Positions 9,326-20,192 of a DNA stretch of 32,000 nt are shown here, one piece after another; the stretch's first letter is position 1; every line of letters starts with the position of its first letter. The stretch comes from Candidatus Hadarchaeales archaeon (GTDB lineage Archaea; Hadarchaeota; Hadarchaeia; Hadarchaeales; Hadarchaeaceae). The position numbers and the translations under genes are program-made. The stretch lies in the NCBI GenBank assembly GCA_038823825.1, contig JAWBCC010000002.1, positions 150,001 through 182,000 of the forward strand, given 5' to 3'. The notes beneath the pieces were generated by a model. That model did no database searches and was not told where the DNA came from. It saw nothing but the letters and a program-made list of their open reading frames with translations.

Positions 9326-9862
9326 CTACTTTTTCAGACATACGCAATAAACATCTTCCCCGATTTCCCCGCTTTTTTCAACGGAAAAACCAGCAGACTT
9401 GGCCCAAGAGACCAACATCTCTTCTTTATGTTTTTTCTTGAGGCTCGTTAGAATCACCAGGCCGCCAGGCCGCACCACACGGCATATTTCCTTTACTGTG
9501 GTTTCTGGATCTGGCATGTTCTGCAAAAGGGTGACAGAAACCACAAAATCGAAAGAATTGTCTTTGAATGGGAGAAAATCGGCGTCCGCGATCACAACAC
9601 ATACGTTTTTTACAGCATGTGGAATCCTTTTCACCATGCCTGGGGAAATGTCCATACCGATCGCTAGGTCAGCCTTTCTAGCGACTCTTAAAAGGAGTTC
9701 CCCTGTACCACACCCAACATCCAGAATTCTTCCGATCTTGGATGGCAATATGCTCAAAACCAACTCGTACTTCTCACGCTGAATTTCCCGATATCTTCTT
9801 CTGTATTTTTCAGCTGTTTCCGAATACAGCTTGGCTAGCTCAATTTTTCTTAAGGACATCAT
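9326..9862 (-). CDS. Class I SAM-dependent methyltransferase (UbiE-like)
   Basis: ILDVGCGTGELLLRVARKADLAIGMDISPGMVKR; FDFVVSVTLLQNMPDPETTVKEICRVVRPGG. Confidence 0.9.
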   Translation of the reverse strand: MMSLRKIELAKLYSETAEKYRRRYREIQREKYELVLSILPSKIGRILDVGCGTGELLLRVARKADLAIGMDISPGMVKRIPHAVKNVCVVIADADFLPFKDNSFDFVVSVTLLQNMPDPETTVKEICRVVRPGGLVILTSLKKKHKEEMLVSWAKSAGFSVEKSGEIGEDVYCVCLKK

Positions 9863-9906
9863 TTCATTTTATATGTATGCGGAAAAATGAATGGTGTTTC
9901 TACGTG

Positions 9907-10986
9907 ATGGAAAGAGTAAGAAAATTGCAGGAGAAAATGGAGGAATACGGACTCGATGTTTTCATCGCTTTTAAAAATCATAGATATCTCGCTGGAAGTG
10001 AGGCGGGAAAAGCCGTAATCGTTCCTTGTAAAGGTAAGCCAATTTTGATTTGCAGCAGGTTAGAGTTCGACAGAGTAAAAAGAGAGAGCTGGATAAAGGA
10101 CGTTCGGGCGTTTTCAGGATGGAAGTCTCCACTCAGGTCTGGAGAGAGCATCTTTTTTGGACAACCCTGGGAACTTGTCATAAATTGTTTAGAGGAGTTG
10201 GGAGCGAAAGTTGTAGGATATGATCAAGCCCCTCCTGAGTTCATCAGTAAGTTGCGAATGCTGTACCGAGCCGGTTACAAAAGACTTCCGAAAATTGTGG
10301 AGGAAATGCGAATGATGAAGGATTCAAAAGAAATCGAAATAATGAAGAAAGCGGCGAATCTCGCAATTTTGGGAATGAAGAGAATTCATGAACTCCTATC
10401 ACCTGGTGTCTCGGAACTGGAACTTGCGGCCGAAGCCGAGCATGTGATGAGAAAATCGGGAGGGGAGGGTACTCCTTTTCCAACGATAGTCGCATCTGGT
10501 GAAAACTCTTGGCTGCCTCATGCGGGAGCGACGGATAGAAGAATCAAAAAGGAGGATATAGTGGTTGTCGACCTAGGCTGTTATTTTGAGGGTTATGCGT
10601 CAGATATGACCAGAACTTTTGTCCTCGGACATTCACGGAAGTTCAGAAAACTAGTGCAGATAGTCAGAGAAGCGCAAGCGGAAGCCTTGAAAAGAGTCAG
10701 AGGAGGGATAAAAGCGAGCGATGTCGACCTCGCGGCCAGAGAATTCATCAGAAGAAAAGGGTTACTCCGGTTTTACCTTCACGGAACCGGCCATGGAGTA
10801 GGTCTGGATATTCATGAGCCACCTTCCCTTTCTCCGACATCTCAAGAAATTCTCCAGGAGGGAATGGTAATAACAGTGGAACCTGGGGTGTATGTTAAAG
10901 GAGTAGGAGGAGCAAGGTGGGAAGATATGGTAATAGTGAAAGAAGAAGGCTTTGAGAAACTAACGGAGGTAGATTTGGATGGCTGA
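9907..10986 (+). CDS. pepQ: Xaa-Pro aminopeptidase/dipeptidase (M24 family)
   Basis: Metal-ligand motifs [46 protein letters not shown]; start taken as ATG 9907 ([19 protein letters not shown]). Confidence 0.92.
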   Translation: MERVRKLQEKMEEYGLDVFIAFKNHRYLAGSEAGKAVIVPCKGKPILICSRLEFDRVKRESWIKDVRAFSGWKSPLRSGESIFFGQPWELVINCLEELGAKVVGYDQAPPEFISKLRMLYRAGYKRLPKIVEEMRMMKDSKEIEIMKKAANLAILGMKRIHELLSPGVSELELAAEAEHVMRKSGGEGTPFPTIVASGENSWLPHAGATDRRIKKEDIVVVDLGCYFEGYASDMTRTFVLGHSRKFRKLVQIVREAQAEALKRVRGGIKASDVDLAAREFIRRKGLLRFYLHGTGHGVGLDIHEPPSLSPTSQEILQEGMVITVEPGVYVKGVGGARWEDMVIVKEEGFEKLTEVDLDG

Positions 10987-12406
10987 AAGAAATGCGTGGG
11001 AGAAAAACTTCAGTGAGTGGTTTGCTGAGATGCTCGAAAGAGCGGAAATAGTAGATCCCAGATATCCTGTCAAGGGGCTATACGTCTGGCTCCCATACGG
11101 ATTTAAGATAAGAAACAATGTTGTTTCTATCCTTAGATGGTTACTCGACGAGTCTGGACACAGTGAAATGCTCTTCCCCATCTTGATCCCGGAAGACCTT
11201 TTCAGAAAAGAGGCAGAACACATACGAGGATTCGAGGGGCAGGTTTATTGGGTGACTCACGGAGGAACGGAGCCCCTCGATGTCAGGCTAGTTTTGCGAC
11301 CGACGTCGGAAACAGCAATGTATCCGATGTTTTCTCTGTGGATAAAATCTCACGCCGATCTGCCACTCAAGATCTACCAAGTGGTTAGCGTTTTCAGATA
11401 TGAGACAAAAATGACCAAGCCCCTCGTAAGGGTTAGGGAGGTGACGACATTCAAAGAGGCCCATACCGCTCACGCGAGCTGGGAAGATGCAGAGAGGCAA
11501 GTTTTTGAAGCGATCGGGATTTACAAAAGGTTTTTTGATTTACTTGGAATTCCTTCTGTGATTTCGAAAAGACCGAAGTGGGATACATTCGCTGGGGCGG
11601 TTTACTCCATTGCTTTTGACACGCTTGCTCCTGACGGAAAAACTTTGCAGATAGGGACAATCCACAATCTAGGTCAGAACTTTTCAAAAGTCTATGATGT
11701 GAAGTATGAAAAGCCAGATGGTTCGCATGAATACGTCTATCAGACTTGTTACGGAATATCCGAGAGAGCAATTGCTGCAGTTTTGATGGTTCACGGTGAT
11801 GATATCGGTTTTTGTCTCCCCCCACTTGTGGCTCCAATCCAGATTGTTATTGTCCCTGTGATTTTCAAGGAAAAAAGCGAGGAGATCATGCAGACGGCCC
11901 GGAGAATTTTCGAGATTTTAAGGGGTGCCGGTTTTAGGGTTCATCTTGACGATCGAGATTTGAGACCTGGCAATAAGTATTACTACTGGGAGAGAAGAGG
12001 GGTCCCGCTTAGAGTAGAAATCGGGCCCTCAGAGGTTGAGAAATCTGAAGCGATGCTTGTCAGGAGAGACACAGGAGAGAGGTGTACGGTGAAAGCCGAT
12101 GATTTGGTGAGAGAGGTCAACAAAATCTTAGAAGAAATCTCTGAAAATCTCCGAGTGAGAGCTATGAAGTTCTTCGAGTCGAGGATACATCGTGCGGAAA
12201 GCGTCCAAGAAGCGGCACAGATCTTGGCCGAGAAAGGAGGAATAGTTAAACTTTGCTGGTGCGGCTCGGAGGAGTGTGGCATGTCGATAGAGGAAAAAAC
12301 AGGTGGAAGAATTCTCGGAGAGTCTCTTGACGAAAAAGCAACCGGGAAGTGTGTCAACTGTTGCGGAGATTCGGAAAAACTGATTTACTTAGCTAAAACT
12401 TACTGA
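10979..12406 (+). CDS. proS: Prolyl-tRNA synthetase, archaeal/eukaryotic type
   Basis: 475 aa; [80 protein letters not shown]. Confidence 0.97.
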   Translation: MAERNAWEKNFSEWFAEMLERAEIVDPRYPVKGLYVWLPYGFKIRNNVVSILRWLLDESGHSEMLFPILIPEDLFRKEAEHIRGFEGQVYWVTHGGTEPLDVRLVLRPTSETAMYPMFSLWIKSHADLPLKIYQVVSVFRYETKMTKPLVRVREVTTFKEAHTAHASWEDAERQVFEAIGIYKRFFDLLGIPSVISKRPKWDTFAGAVYSIAFDTLAPDGKTLQIGTIHNLGQNFSKVYDVKYEKPDGSHEYVYQTCYGISERAIAAVLMVHGDDIGFCLPPLVAPIQIVIVPVIFKEKSEEIMQTARRIFEILRGAGFRVHLDDRDLRPGNKYYYWERRGVPLRVEIGPSEVEKSEAMLVRRDTGERCTVKADDLVREVNKILEEISENLRVRAMKFFESRIHRAESVQEAAQILAEKGGIVKLCWCGSEECGMSIEEKTGGRILGESLDEKATGKCVNCCGDSEKLIYLAKTY

Positions 12407-13281
12407 AGCGATTTCATAGCCTGCAAAACTTCATCTTCACTCGGGAATCCGACGGGTCCGTGATATCTTATCTTCAAGCCTGCTGCAACAGACGCGAACC
12501 TTGCAGCCTCAATCACATCTTTTCTTTTCAAATATCTGCAGAGAAACGCAGTTCCGAAAACATCCCCGGCTCCAGTCATGCTTCTAGCGTCTACTTTCAG
12601 GCTTGGAACCTCGAAGAAGTTTCTCTCATGAAGAACGATGCTTGTTTTTTCTCCACGCGTAACGATCACAACCGAAGGGCCCGCTTCTGCCAGCTTTTTC
12701 ATTTCGGATTTTGGCTCAGGTCCAAGAATGACGCTTTCCTCCTTTCCTATTTTTAGGATGTCCACATATCGTAGATATTCGCGAAGATCCTTTTTCACAA
12801 TTTTGATATTGCCATTCTTTTCGATTTTTCTCAAAATCCCTTGAGGATCGAGGGCAACAACATTCTTTTCCGTCTTTAAACTGGCTAAAAGTTCTGCGGA
12901 AATTTCGCCCGCTATCGGAGAAACGTAAAACGCTTTTGCGTCCCTATAAGATCCCGGCACATCTTGGGGAAGGATTTCTGGAGCCACATATCTGCAGACC
13001 TGCTTCCTGTTTCCTTTCTCGTCGTAAATATTTTCGAACGTAGTGGTCTTCTTTCCGCTGACGAGAATCCCTTCCGTGTCCAAACCGAGCTTACTGAAGA
13101 GAGGCGGAAATCTTTCAACGAAGTCTCTTCCAACTTTTGAGACTATCCCAGTCTCGAAGCCCAGCGAAACAGCTGTGAGACCACCATAGATCGGTGCTCC
13201 GCCTAATGCGTTTTCTATCGTTCCCCAAGGGTAGGTGTTTATATCGATTGCGAAATGACCGACGATTACGACTTCGACCAT
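12400..13281 (-). CDS. PfkB-family carbohydrate kinase
   Basis: N-terminal [25 protein letters not shown]; [22 protein letters not shown]-terminal signature. Confidence 0.92.
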   Translation of the reverse strand: MVEVVIVGHFAIDINTYPWGTIENALGGAPIYGGLTAVSLGFETGIVSKVGRDFVERFPPLFSKLGLDTEGILVSGKKTTTFENIYDEKGNRKQVCRYVAPEILPQDVPGSYRDAKAFYVSPIAGEISAELLASLKTEKNVVALDPQGILRKIEKNGNIKIVKKDLREYLRYVDILKIGKEESVILGPEPKSEMKKLAEAGPSVVIVTRGEKTSIVLHERNFFEVPSLKVDARSMTGAGDVFGTAFLCRYLKRKDVIEAARFASVAAGLKIRYHGPVGFPSEDEVLQAMKSLQ

Positions 13282-13282
13282 T

Positions 13283-14356
13283 CTATCTCTCCCTCTTGCC
13301 AGCTATGAACTCCTCCACCGCTTTACGCGCTTCCTCGTCAGACATCTGAACAGGTGGATGTTTGAAGAAATATGCCGAGACGCTTATGAGCGGTCCGCCT
13401 ATTTTCCTGTCTAGAGCGAGCTTCACAGCTCTTATCGCATCTATAACAACTCCAGCGCTGTTGGGGGAATCTTCAACGGAGAGCTTTACATCGATGTAAA
13501 GAGGAACATCGCCGAACTTCCTTCCTTTTATGTATATGTAGCATATTTTCCTGTCCTTCAGGAATGGGACATAATCACTTGGACCGATTCTAAGCGGGAC
13601 TTCATACGGCAACTGGCTGGAAACGGCCTCGGTTTTGCTTATTCTCTTCGAACTCAGACGTTCCTCCTCCAGCATGTTGAGAAAGTCCGTGTTTCCACCT
13701 ATGTTCAGCTGATAGCTTTCTTCGACCTTGACACCTCTGTCAACCAGCAGTTTAGTGAGTGTTCTGTGCAAGATCGTAGCTCCAACCTGCGACTTTATGT
13801 CGTCGCCGACACATGGAATCTTTTCCTGCTCAAACTTTTTTGCCCAGTTTTTGTCGGAAACGATGAACTCTGGGATGCAGTTTATAAAGCCGCAGCCTGC
13901 CTTTAGTGCCTCGTTTGCGTAAAATCTACTTCCTTCATAGCTTCCCACCGGCAGGTAGTTTATCAGTATATCGGCATCCGTTTCCTCGAGCACTTTGGCA
14001 ACGTTCACCGGCTTCTGCCTTTTATCTACGGGAATCACCGGCGTCAGATATTTTCCGAGTCCGTCAAGAACGGGACCTCTCATGACTTCAACCCCAAGCT
14101 TGGGAACATCGCAGAATTTGACAGTACAGTTTGGTGGAGTGAAGATAGCTTCTGAGAGATCTTTTCCAACTTTATTCGCGTCAACGTCGAAGGCTGCCAC
14201 AAATTTTATATCTCTTATGTGATATCCGCCGAAGTTAACATGCATGAGGCCCGGGACAAACTCGTCCTCTTTTGCATTTTTATAATACTCAACGCCCTGC
14301 ACAAGTGAGGACGCACAGTTTCCGACACCTGCTATGGCAACTTTTATCTTACTCAT
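13283..14356 (-). CDS. ino1: Inositol-3-phosphate synthase (myo-inositol-1-phosphate synthase)
   Basis: [91 protein letters not shown]. Confidence 0.95.
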   Translation of the reverse strand: MSKIKVAIAGVGNCASSLVQGVEYYKNAKEDEFVPGLMHVNFGGYHIRDIKFVAAFDVDANKVGKDLSEAIFTPPNCTVKFCDVPKLGVEVMRGPVLDGLGKYLTPVIPVDKRQKPVNVAKVLEETDADILINYLPVGSYEGSRFYANEALKAGCGFINCIPEFIVSDKNWAKKFEQEKIPCVGDDIKSQVGATILHRTLTKLLVDRGVKVEESYQLNIGGNTDFLNMLEEERLSSKRISKTEAVSSQLPYEVPLRIGPSDYVPFLKDRKICYIYIKGRKFGDVPLYIDVKLSVEDSPNSAGVVIDAIRAVKLALDRKIGGPLISVSAYFFKHPPVQMSDEEARKAVEEFIAGKRER

Positions 14357-14380
14357 CCGTTTTCACCATATTTCATTTTC

Positions 14381-14390
14381 TGATATATCA
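14381..14390. promoter_or_regulatory. Perfect 10-bp palindrome TGATATATCA in the ino1/PadR divergent intergenic region; candidate operator or minus-strand TATA element
   Basis: Self-complementary; 25-34 bp upstream of the ino1 ATG (14354-14356). Confidence 0.35.
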
Positions 14391-14432
14391 ATTTCGGAAA
14401 TATTTATAAAGCTTGCGGATGAACGGTCGATT

Positions 14433-14834
14433 GTGAAAGAAGCGCCACTAGTCAGGCTGAAGAAGAAAACAACGGTGGAAATTCTGTGGATGTATTTTCT
14501 AAGGTTACTGAGCGAGCGACCTATGTGCGGTTATGAGTTGATGAAGGAGATTGAGCGGAGATTTGGATGGAAACCACCGATAGTCACATCATATCTCGTT
14601 TTGCAGGCTTTGAGGAGAGATGGATACATCACGGTGCGTAAAGTCACGGGGAGGAGGAGAAAAACATTGTACGAAATCACGGCACGGGGCAGAGATCTTT
14701 TCCAGAAAGGCAAGGATTATCTAAGAAATCTGTATAGAGGGTTCAGCGTCCGCTCAGCCTCTTCCTCGCAACTATCACCCTTTGGGAAGCCGTCAAGTTC
14801 GCCAAGAAAGCAACGATCACAACGGCATACTTGA
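14433..14834 (+). CDS. PadR-family transcriptional regulator
   Basis: ILWMYFLRLLSERPMCGYELMKEIERRFGWKPPIVTSYLVLQALRRDGYI...GRRRKTLYEITARG; GTG start in frame at 14433, upstream TATTTATAAA box. Confidence 0.82.
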   Translation: MKEAPLVRLKKKTTVEILWMYFLRLLSERPMCGYELMKEIERRFGWKPPIVTSYLVLQALRRDGYITVRKVTGRRRKTLYEITARGRDLFQKGKDYLRNLYRGFSVRSASSSQLSPFGKPSSSPRKQRSQRHT

Positions 14835-15327
14835 CGCATCCGACTAGGGCGCCTATTCCCAGGATGAGCATTCTTTCCGGTCTTTCTCCGAGTCCAACAT
14901 CCATCTCTTTAGCTCCTGCTGCTTCTGCTCTCGCTCTGATATAACTGACGAGAAAGCTCCCCTCTATCGCAAGGAAACACCAGAGCCAGCCGGGAAGCCA
15001 GCCAGCTTCTGCGAGCCCTCCATATGCCACCGCAGCCAAGACTGCGAAATCCACGAGTCTGTCTATCGTCGAGTCAAGAACGCCTCCGAAGGCCGTGACC
15101 ATCCCGCCGAATTTTGCAACGGCTCCGTCGAGTAAATCAAAGATTCCGCAGATCAGTAGGAAAATTCCTCCTAAAAATTCGTTCGAACGTGCGAAAAAGA
15201 AAACAGAAACCATTCCGACTAAGAGTCCGATTAGTGTGAGAGTGTTTGGTGTGATACCTCTGGCAGCGATGGAAGTGGCAATCGGAGCCACGATGTTGCG
15301 CACCTTCTCTTTCACGCGACTGAGCAT
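14743..15327 (-). CDS. CDP-alcohol phosphatidyltransferase, probably archaetidylinositol phosphate synthase
   Basis: CDP-OH-P motif region DLLDGAVAKFGG...GGVLDSTIDR; multiple TM segments; close to ino1. Confidence 0.87.
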   Translation of the reverse strand: MLSRVKEKVRNIVAPIATSIAARGITPNTLTLIGLLVGMVSVFFFARSNEFLGGIFLLICGIFDLLDGAVAKFGGMVTAFGGVLDSTIDRLVDFAVLAAVAYGGLAEAGWLPGWLWCFLAIEGSFLVSYIRARAEAAGAKEMDVGLGERPERMLILGIGALVGCVKYAVVIVAFLANLTASQRVIVARKRLSGR

Positions 15328-15435
15328 TCTCTCGAAAAATCATTCTCCGTATTTTGAATAAAAGCATCAGGAAGAGGTGGCGCTCTTGAAATTAATTATA
15401 TGTCAACGGTCAGAGATTTTCTGGGGAGGTTCAGA

Positions 15436-16284
15436 GTGAAAGCAAAAATATGGCTGGGTCCGGCGGGAATTCCCGGAATGTGTAAGGAGAGGAGCACGCT
15501 TGCTGGAGTTCGCTGCGTTGCCGAAATCGGTCTGAACGCCATGGAGATAGAGTTCGTCAGGGGTATAACGCTCACGCAGAAAGCAGCGGAGGAGGTTGGA
15601 AAGATCGCTCAAGAGCTCGGCGTCAGACTCTCCGTCCATTGTCCATATTTCATAAACCTGTGCTCCCCAGACAAAAAGAAGGTTGAAGCCTCAAAGCAGA
15701 GAATTCTCGAATCTGCCAGAAGAGCTCATGCAATGGGTGCGGACATAGTAGTTTTTCATCCCGGCTATTATGGCGGAAGATCTCCGGAGGAGGCGTACCG
15801 AACGGTCAAGGAGGCGGACTCAGACATGATCGCCAAACTCGAGAAGGAGGGAATTGATGATGTCTTCTTGGGTCACGAGACGACGGGGAAACAGAGCGCT
15901 TTCGGAACCTTGGAAGAAATAGTCTCTCTGTGCAAGGAGCTTTCAAGGTGTAGACCTGTCGTGGATTTTGCGCACATCTACGCCAGGCAGGGTGGAAGGA
16001 TCGACTACGCGCAAATCTTAGATGCTCTAAAGCCTCTGAAGCTTGATCATCTTCACACGCACTTCACAGCAATGGAATGGACGCCTGCTAAGCAAGCCGG
16101 CGCCGGAAACGAAAAGCGACATCTACCAATGCGAGCTGGAGATCCGCCGTTTCGACCACTCGCCGAAGAAGTTTTGAAGAGAGGAATGAAGATAACAATA
16201 ATCTCTGAATCGCCAGTTCTGGAATTGGACTCTCTCGAGATGAAGAAAATTTTTGAGAAGCTAGGCTACAGATTTGAGCGCTGA
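15436..16284 (+). CDS. Endonuclease IV-like TIM-barrel protein (AP endonuclease family 2)
   Basis: LSVHCPYFINL, VVFHPGYYGG, FLGHETTGK, CRPVVDFAHIYAR, HTHF metal-site motifs; GTG start at 15436 preceded by GGAGGT. Confidence 0.85.
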   Translation: MKAKIWLGPAGIPGMCKERSTLAGVRCVAEIGLNAMEIEFVRGITLTQKAAEEVGKIAQELGVRLSVHCPYFINLCSPDKKKVEASKQRILESARRAHAMGADIVVFHPGYYGGRSPEEAYRTVKEADSDMIAKLEKEGIDDVFLGHETTGKQSAFGTLEEIVSLCKELSRCRPVVDFAHIYARQGGRIDYAQILDALKPLKLDHLHTHFTAMEWTPAKQAGAGNEKRHLPMRAGDPPFRPLAEEVLKRGMKITIISESPVLELDSLEMKKIFEKLGYRFER

Positions 16285-17520
16285 AACGAGCTCCTCGATC
16301 TTGACTGTCTCCTGCTTTTTTGTTTTCAAATCTCTCAGGGCGACTTGACCGGCAGAGACTTCTTTTCTTCCGACTATCACAGCAAATCTCATCCCCATCG
16401 AATCCGCATGACTCAGGGCCTTTTGTAGGCTTCTTTCCATAACCTCCATCTCCGTTACTATACCCTTTCTCCTCAACATGTTAGAGATTTCCAAAGCTTT
16501 GGGCAGGAGATCCCTCTCGAGTGGAACGACATAAACTAACGGTTTTATCGGCTTTTCCGCTTTGCCGTCTTTCAGGAGAAGAGAGGAAATCCTATCGACG
16601 CCGAAGCCGACTCCGGTCGCTGGTGTTTTGGGTCCTCCCAGTCTTTCAACGAGCGTGTCATACCTGCCGCCACCCGCGACCTGCACATCTCCGACATAGA
16701 CCTCAAAGACAGTCCCCGTGTAATAGTCGAGGCCCCTCGCTATTCCGAGATCTATCTCAAACTTCTCTCCAGCTTCGCGGAGAATTCTTAAAAGCTCCTT
16801 AGACCTTTCAAGCATGGATTCATCGATGTCGAACTCGCTTAACTTCTGAAACACTCTGAAATCTCCACGCAAGGAAAAAATCTTTAGGAGCCTTTCATAT
16901 TCTTCTTCAGGAACGCCAGCTTTCCGCAGTTCTTCAAGAATCCTATTCCTGTTTCCTGAATCAACCGCCCTGAGTATAGGGTCCTGCTTTTCTTCCTTTA
17001 CCCCAACCGAGGCGAGCACATTCCTTAAAATTCCAACATCACCAATCCTTAGCTTCCAGTCATTCATTCCAACTTCGCGCATAATTTCGCATGTTAGGGA
17101 GATCACTTCCGCGTCCGCCTGCGGGTTTGGGCTTCCGATTATCTCACAACCAGCTTGCGTGAATTCTCTCCATCTCCAAGCTTGCGGTTCTTCGTACCTG
17201 AAGCATTCTCCAAAATAGAAAAGTCTGACTGGGGGAGGATTTCTCTTAAGATGTTGGATGAAAAACCTTATCGCCGGTGCGGTTAGCTCTGGTCGAAGGG
17301 CAAGCTTTCTCCCAGACTTGTCTTCAAAATCATAGATCTGTTTGATTATCTCACTTCCGCTCTTGACGAGAAATAGTTCGAGATGTTCGAAAATTGGCGT
17401 CTGCACTTCTTGAAATCCGAATCTTTCGAAAACACTTCTCATTTTTGAGACCACAAACCTTGCAGTTGCCAGCTCGTCTCCCCAGAGATCTCTGGTTCCT
17501 CGCGGACACCGCAACTGCAT
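16261..17520 (-). CDS. hisS: Histidyl-tRNA synthetase
   Basis: RCPRGTRDLWGDE, RPELTAPAIRFFI, RYEEPQAWRWREFTQAGCEIIG, GLDYYTGTVFEV, GGGRYD; start MQLRCPRG. Confidence 0.97.
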   Translation of the reverse strand: MQLRCPRGTRDLWGDELATARFVVSKMRSVFERFGFQEVQTPIFEHLELFLVKSGSEIIKQIYDFEDKSGRKLALRPELTAPAIRFFIQHLKRNPPPVRLFYFGECFRYEEPQAWRWREFTQAGCEIIGSPNPQADAEVISLTCEIMREVGMNDWKLRIGDVGILRNVLASVGVKEEKQDPILRAVDSGNRNRILEELRKAGVPEEEYERLLKIFSLRGDFRVFQKLSEFDIDESMLERSKELLRILREAGEKFEIDLGIARGLDYYTGTVFEVYVGDVQVAGGGRYDTLVERLGGPKTPATGVGFGVDRISSLLLKDGKAEKPIKPLVYVVPLERDLLPKALEISNMLRRKGIVTEMEVMERSLQKALSHADSMGMRFAVIVGRKEVSAGQVALRDLKTKKQETVKIEELVSALKSVA

Positions 17521-19742
17521 CAATCGATCACCGAATGGTCAACTTGCAGAATTCTAACATATCCGTTTGAGCTTTTGAAGACCTGCGTTAGGAAATCGAC
17601 ATTCAACTTATCTTGGAAAGCTTGGATTCCGATAGGCTCCGGTCTGCTGGTTATTTGCTCGGACACTCCGCTGATCAACCATGCAGTTTCTATGTTCCCG
17701 GTCTGGTTGAGGAAAACCACGAGGGTTTCCGGAATTTCTGCTTCATTCTCGGGCGGGTAGAATCCTGCCATGTTTGTCGGTCTACCACTTTCGTCAATCA
17801 CAACGATTGCATATCCATCCATAGTTTTCTCCTCATTTTCGGTTCTCAGGAATACTCGCCCATTCTGGTGATCTAAGACAACTTCTCTCCTGTCGCCTCC
17901 GAAGTTGAAGACATACATGCTATCTTGCATGCTCGGTCTTAGGCCATATGGGCGATATCTGACATTTGCTTTAAATATTATTGTGAGAGGTTCGTAAACA
18001 CTGTAGTTCCACCATGCGTAATAGTACTCGTCATAAGTGAACAGTATGTAGTCGATTTTTATTCCGAAATTGTCTCTATAGGTTTTAAGATACCATTTGA
18101 GCTCGTTTTCACCAATCTGTGGAAAACGCTGAACGTCGGTTCTCCTTCCGTTGATGAAAAATGGTTTAGCAGGTTCGTTTACCCCGTAAAGTCTAGCTTC
18201 ATTATTCTTCACATAATAAACATAATCTGGTGGTTTCGGCCAGAAGTTTGGATCGTTTTCCCATTTTCCTTGCTCGCCTATCCCCTCCACACCATCGCAG
18301 ACGGTTTTTCTTTCCGTCGCTCCAGTCAGCAGGTGTCCGTATGACCATTGGATAGAAACTATTGCGTTTTCAGGAGTGTTCTCTCTTATCCATTTGAAAG
18401 CCTCCATAAGCGCCGCATCAAGTCCAGCTCCGAGTCGCCATTCCGTAGGCGGCGTTGTTGCTTCAGCGGCCCTTGTTGCGTTCACGACAAATGCAGATCC
18501 GAGAAGCACGATGATAGCAACGGCCAAAACCGGAGTCTGAAATCTTCTGAGCCAGCTCCAGTCAGGATGGAAGGAGAAATCCTTCAACCAGCTCAGAATA
18601 ACGCTGATCCCGACTCCAGCCATAACTGGTAAAAGCGGCCACCACTGTCTTTCAAATCTAGCCTGACCTGCTTTCGGCCACACCATCGCAAGCATTACAA
18701 TGAACCAGGCTAAAAGGAGAAAGTGATGGGGTTCTCTTTTCCAGATGCAATAGAGAACTGTTACGATACAACCGATGAGGGTTATGCCTAGGAGAAAATT
18801 GTTTTGATAGAACTTTGTGAAGATATCCGAGAAAGAAGCGGGCGCGACCATTTCGGAGGCGTAGCGTGGGAAGGATACCCTGCCACCCCCGCCAATTCCC
18901 ACATAGTCAAGTATAGACTGCGCAGTTCCCAGCCATCTGTCTGGACTAACACCTCCAGACCAGAAAACTACAGTTGACGTCACGATAGCTATCACAAACC
19001 CTATCAGCAAGGGCATATGAGAGTTCACAGTATTTTTGAACGCTAAATCGATGCTCCTCCTTTTCTTGAGAAGTTCTGTAAAGAAGTAAGCGGCGAGCGT
19101 GAACAGTATTCCGCCGATGAGGGCGACTGAGATAAACATTGACCCAGCCCAAGTCAGCACAAATAGTCCAAAAGTTATCCCGCTAAGGATTCCGTAGGGA
19201 ATGATCCCATCTTTTCCAGATTTCATAAGCTTGACAAAGAAGTAGACAGTCCAAGCGCACATGAACGTTATCGTGGGTTCTCTGTCGAAGGCCCCAACTT
19301 TGTTCCAATATATTGATGATACGAGGGTTGTGAAGAGGAAGGCCGCCACCGCTCCTGCAACATCCCCGTGAAGCTCCCGACCAAGCAGAAAAATCGGGAT
19401 TATGCTAAGACAGAAGAAAATTATTCCATAATATTTTGCTATGTCGTAGAGATCTACAGATGGTAAGACGGTCTTTACTCCGCGGTATATCATGACGGCC
19501 AGGAGGGGTTGCAACTGCTCTTTTTCGAACTCCCATCCATGCGGTGCATGTGACCATGGATTTTTCTCTGCAAATCCGTTGTTTCTTTCCAACAACTTGG
19601 CTTCTGCCCAGATCCATCCGCTGTCGGATGTTGTAAGAGTCTCGTATCTTTTACCCGGGATTAAGAGAATGGATGAAGCGATTACCATTAACGCTAGCAG
19701 ATATCCGGCTATCAGATATCTCCTGTAGTTCAGCGCCAACAC
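17520..19742 (-). CDS. aglB: Stt3/AglB-type oligosaccharyl transferase, catalytic-like subunit with variant motif
   Basis: 740 aa, many TM helices; GAFDREPTITFM in the region expected for the second acidic motif; QWSYG where WWDYG is expected; NTPENAIVSI. Confidence 0.8.
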   Translation of the reverse strand: MLALNYRRYLIAGYLLALMVIASSILLIPGKRYETLTTSDSGWIWAEAKLLERNNGFAEKNPWSHAPHGWEFEKEQLQPLLAVMIYRGVKTVLPSVDLYDIAKYYGIIFFCLSIIPIFLLGRELHGDVAGAVAAFLFTTLVSSIYWNKVGAFDREPTITFMCAWTVYFFVKLMKSGKDGIIPYGILSGITFGLFVLTWAGSMFISVALIGGILFTLAAYFFTELLKKRRSIDLAFKNTVNSHMPLLIGFVIAIVTSTVVFWSGGVSPDRWLGTAQSILDYVGIGGGGRVSFPRYASEMVAPASFSDIFTKFYQNNFLLGITLIGCIVTVLYCIWKREPHHFLLLAWFIVMLAMVWPKAGQARFERQWWPLLPVMAGVGISVILSWLKDFSFHPDWSWLRRFQTPVLAVAIIVLLGSAFVVNATRAAEATTPPTEWRLGAGLDAALMEAFKWIRENTPENAIVSIQWSYGHLLTGATERKTVCDGVEGIGEQGKWENDPNFWPKPPDYVYYVKNNEARLYGVNEPAKPFFINGRRTDVQRFPQIGENELKWYLKTYRDNFGIKIDYILFTYDEYYYAWWNYSVYEPLTIIFKANVRYRPYGLRPSMQDSMYVFNFGGDRREVVLDHQNGRVFLRTENEEKTMDGYAIVVIDESGRPTNMAGFYPPENEAEIPETLVVFLNQTGNIETAWLISGVSEQITSRPEPIGIQAFQDKLNVDFLTQVFKSSNGYVRILQVDHSVID

Positions 19743-19766
19743 CCTGTTAAGTGTAGAACGGGAAAT

Positions 19767-20060
19767 TTAAGAGCTTGCTTTAGGAGCTTCCTCTTTCTTT
19801 TCAGGTTCGGGTGGCGGAGACGTCACTTCTTTTGTAGTTGCCATTATCCACCCAAGCCAGACACCCAGCGCCGAGACCACCCAGACTCCGATTGCTACCG
19901 GCAGTACAATGAACCACGAAGTAGTTCTAGCGTAGTCAAATAGACCGATTTCCAACCACCCTACTTTTGCTAATACAAAACCCACATAAAGGGCGAAAAC
20001 GATAGCGCCGACTATGCAGAGGAGAACTCCTAAGACCTTACCCTTTCCCACAGTGTTCAC
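19767..20060 (-). CDS. Small two-TM membrane protein, uncharacterised
   Basis: 97 aa, GTG start, VLGVLLCIVGAIVFALYVGFVLAKVG and VLPVAIGVWVVSALGVWLGWIM hydrophobic segments. Confidence 0.5.
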   Translation of the reverse strand: MNTVGKGKVLGVLLCIVGAIVFALYVGFVLAKVGWLEIGLFDYARTTSWFIVLPVAIGVWVVSALGVWLGWIMATTKEVTSPPPEPEKKEEAPKASS

Positions 20061-20104
20061 CTCGTCATATCATTTATTTTCCTATTAAATACTTTTTTCA
20101 TGAT

Positions 20105-20179
20105 GGGCCCGTGGCCTAGCCAGGATATGGCGGCAGCCTCCTAAGCTGCAAGTCCCGGGTTCAAATCCCGGCGGGCCCG
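20105..20179 (+). tRNA. tRNA-Arg(CCT), CCA not encoded
   Basis: GGGCCCG...GCAGC-CTCCTAA-GCTGC...GGTTCAAATCC...CGGGCCC-G; followed by CTA rather than CCA. Confidence 0.94.
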
Positions 20180-20192
20180 CTAGGAATTAAGG

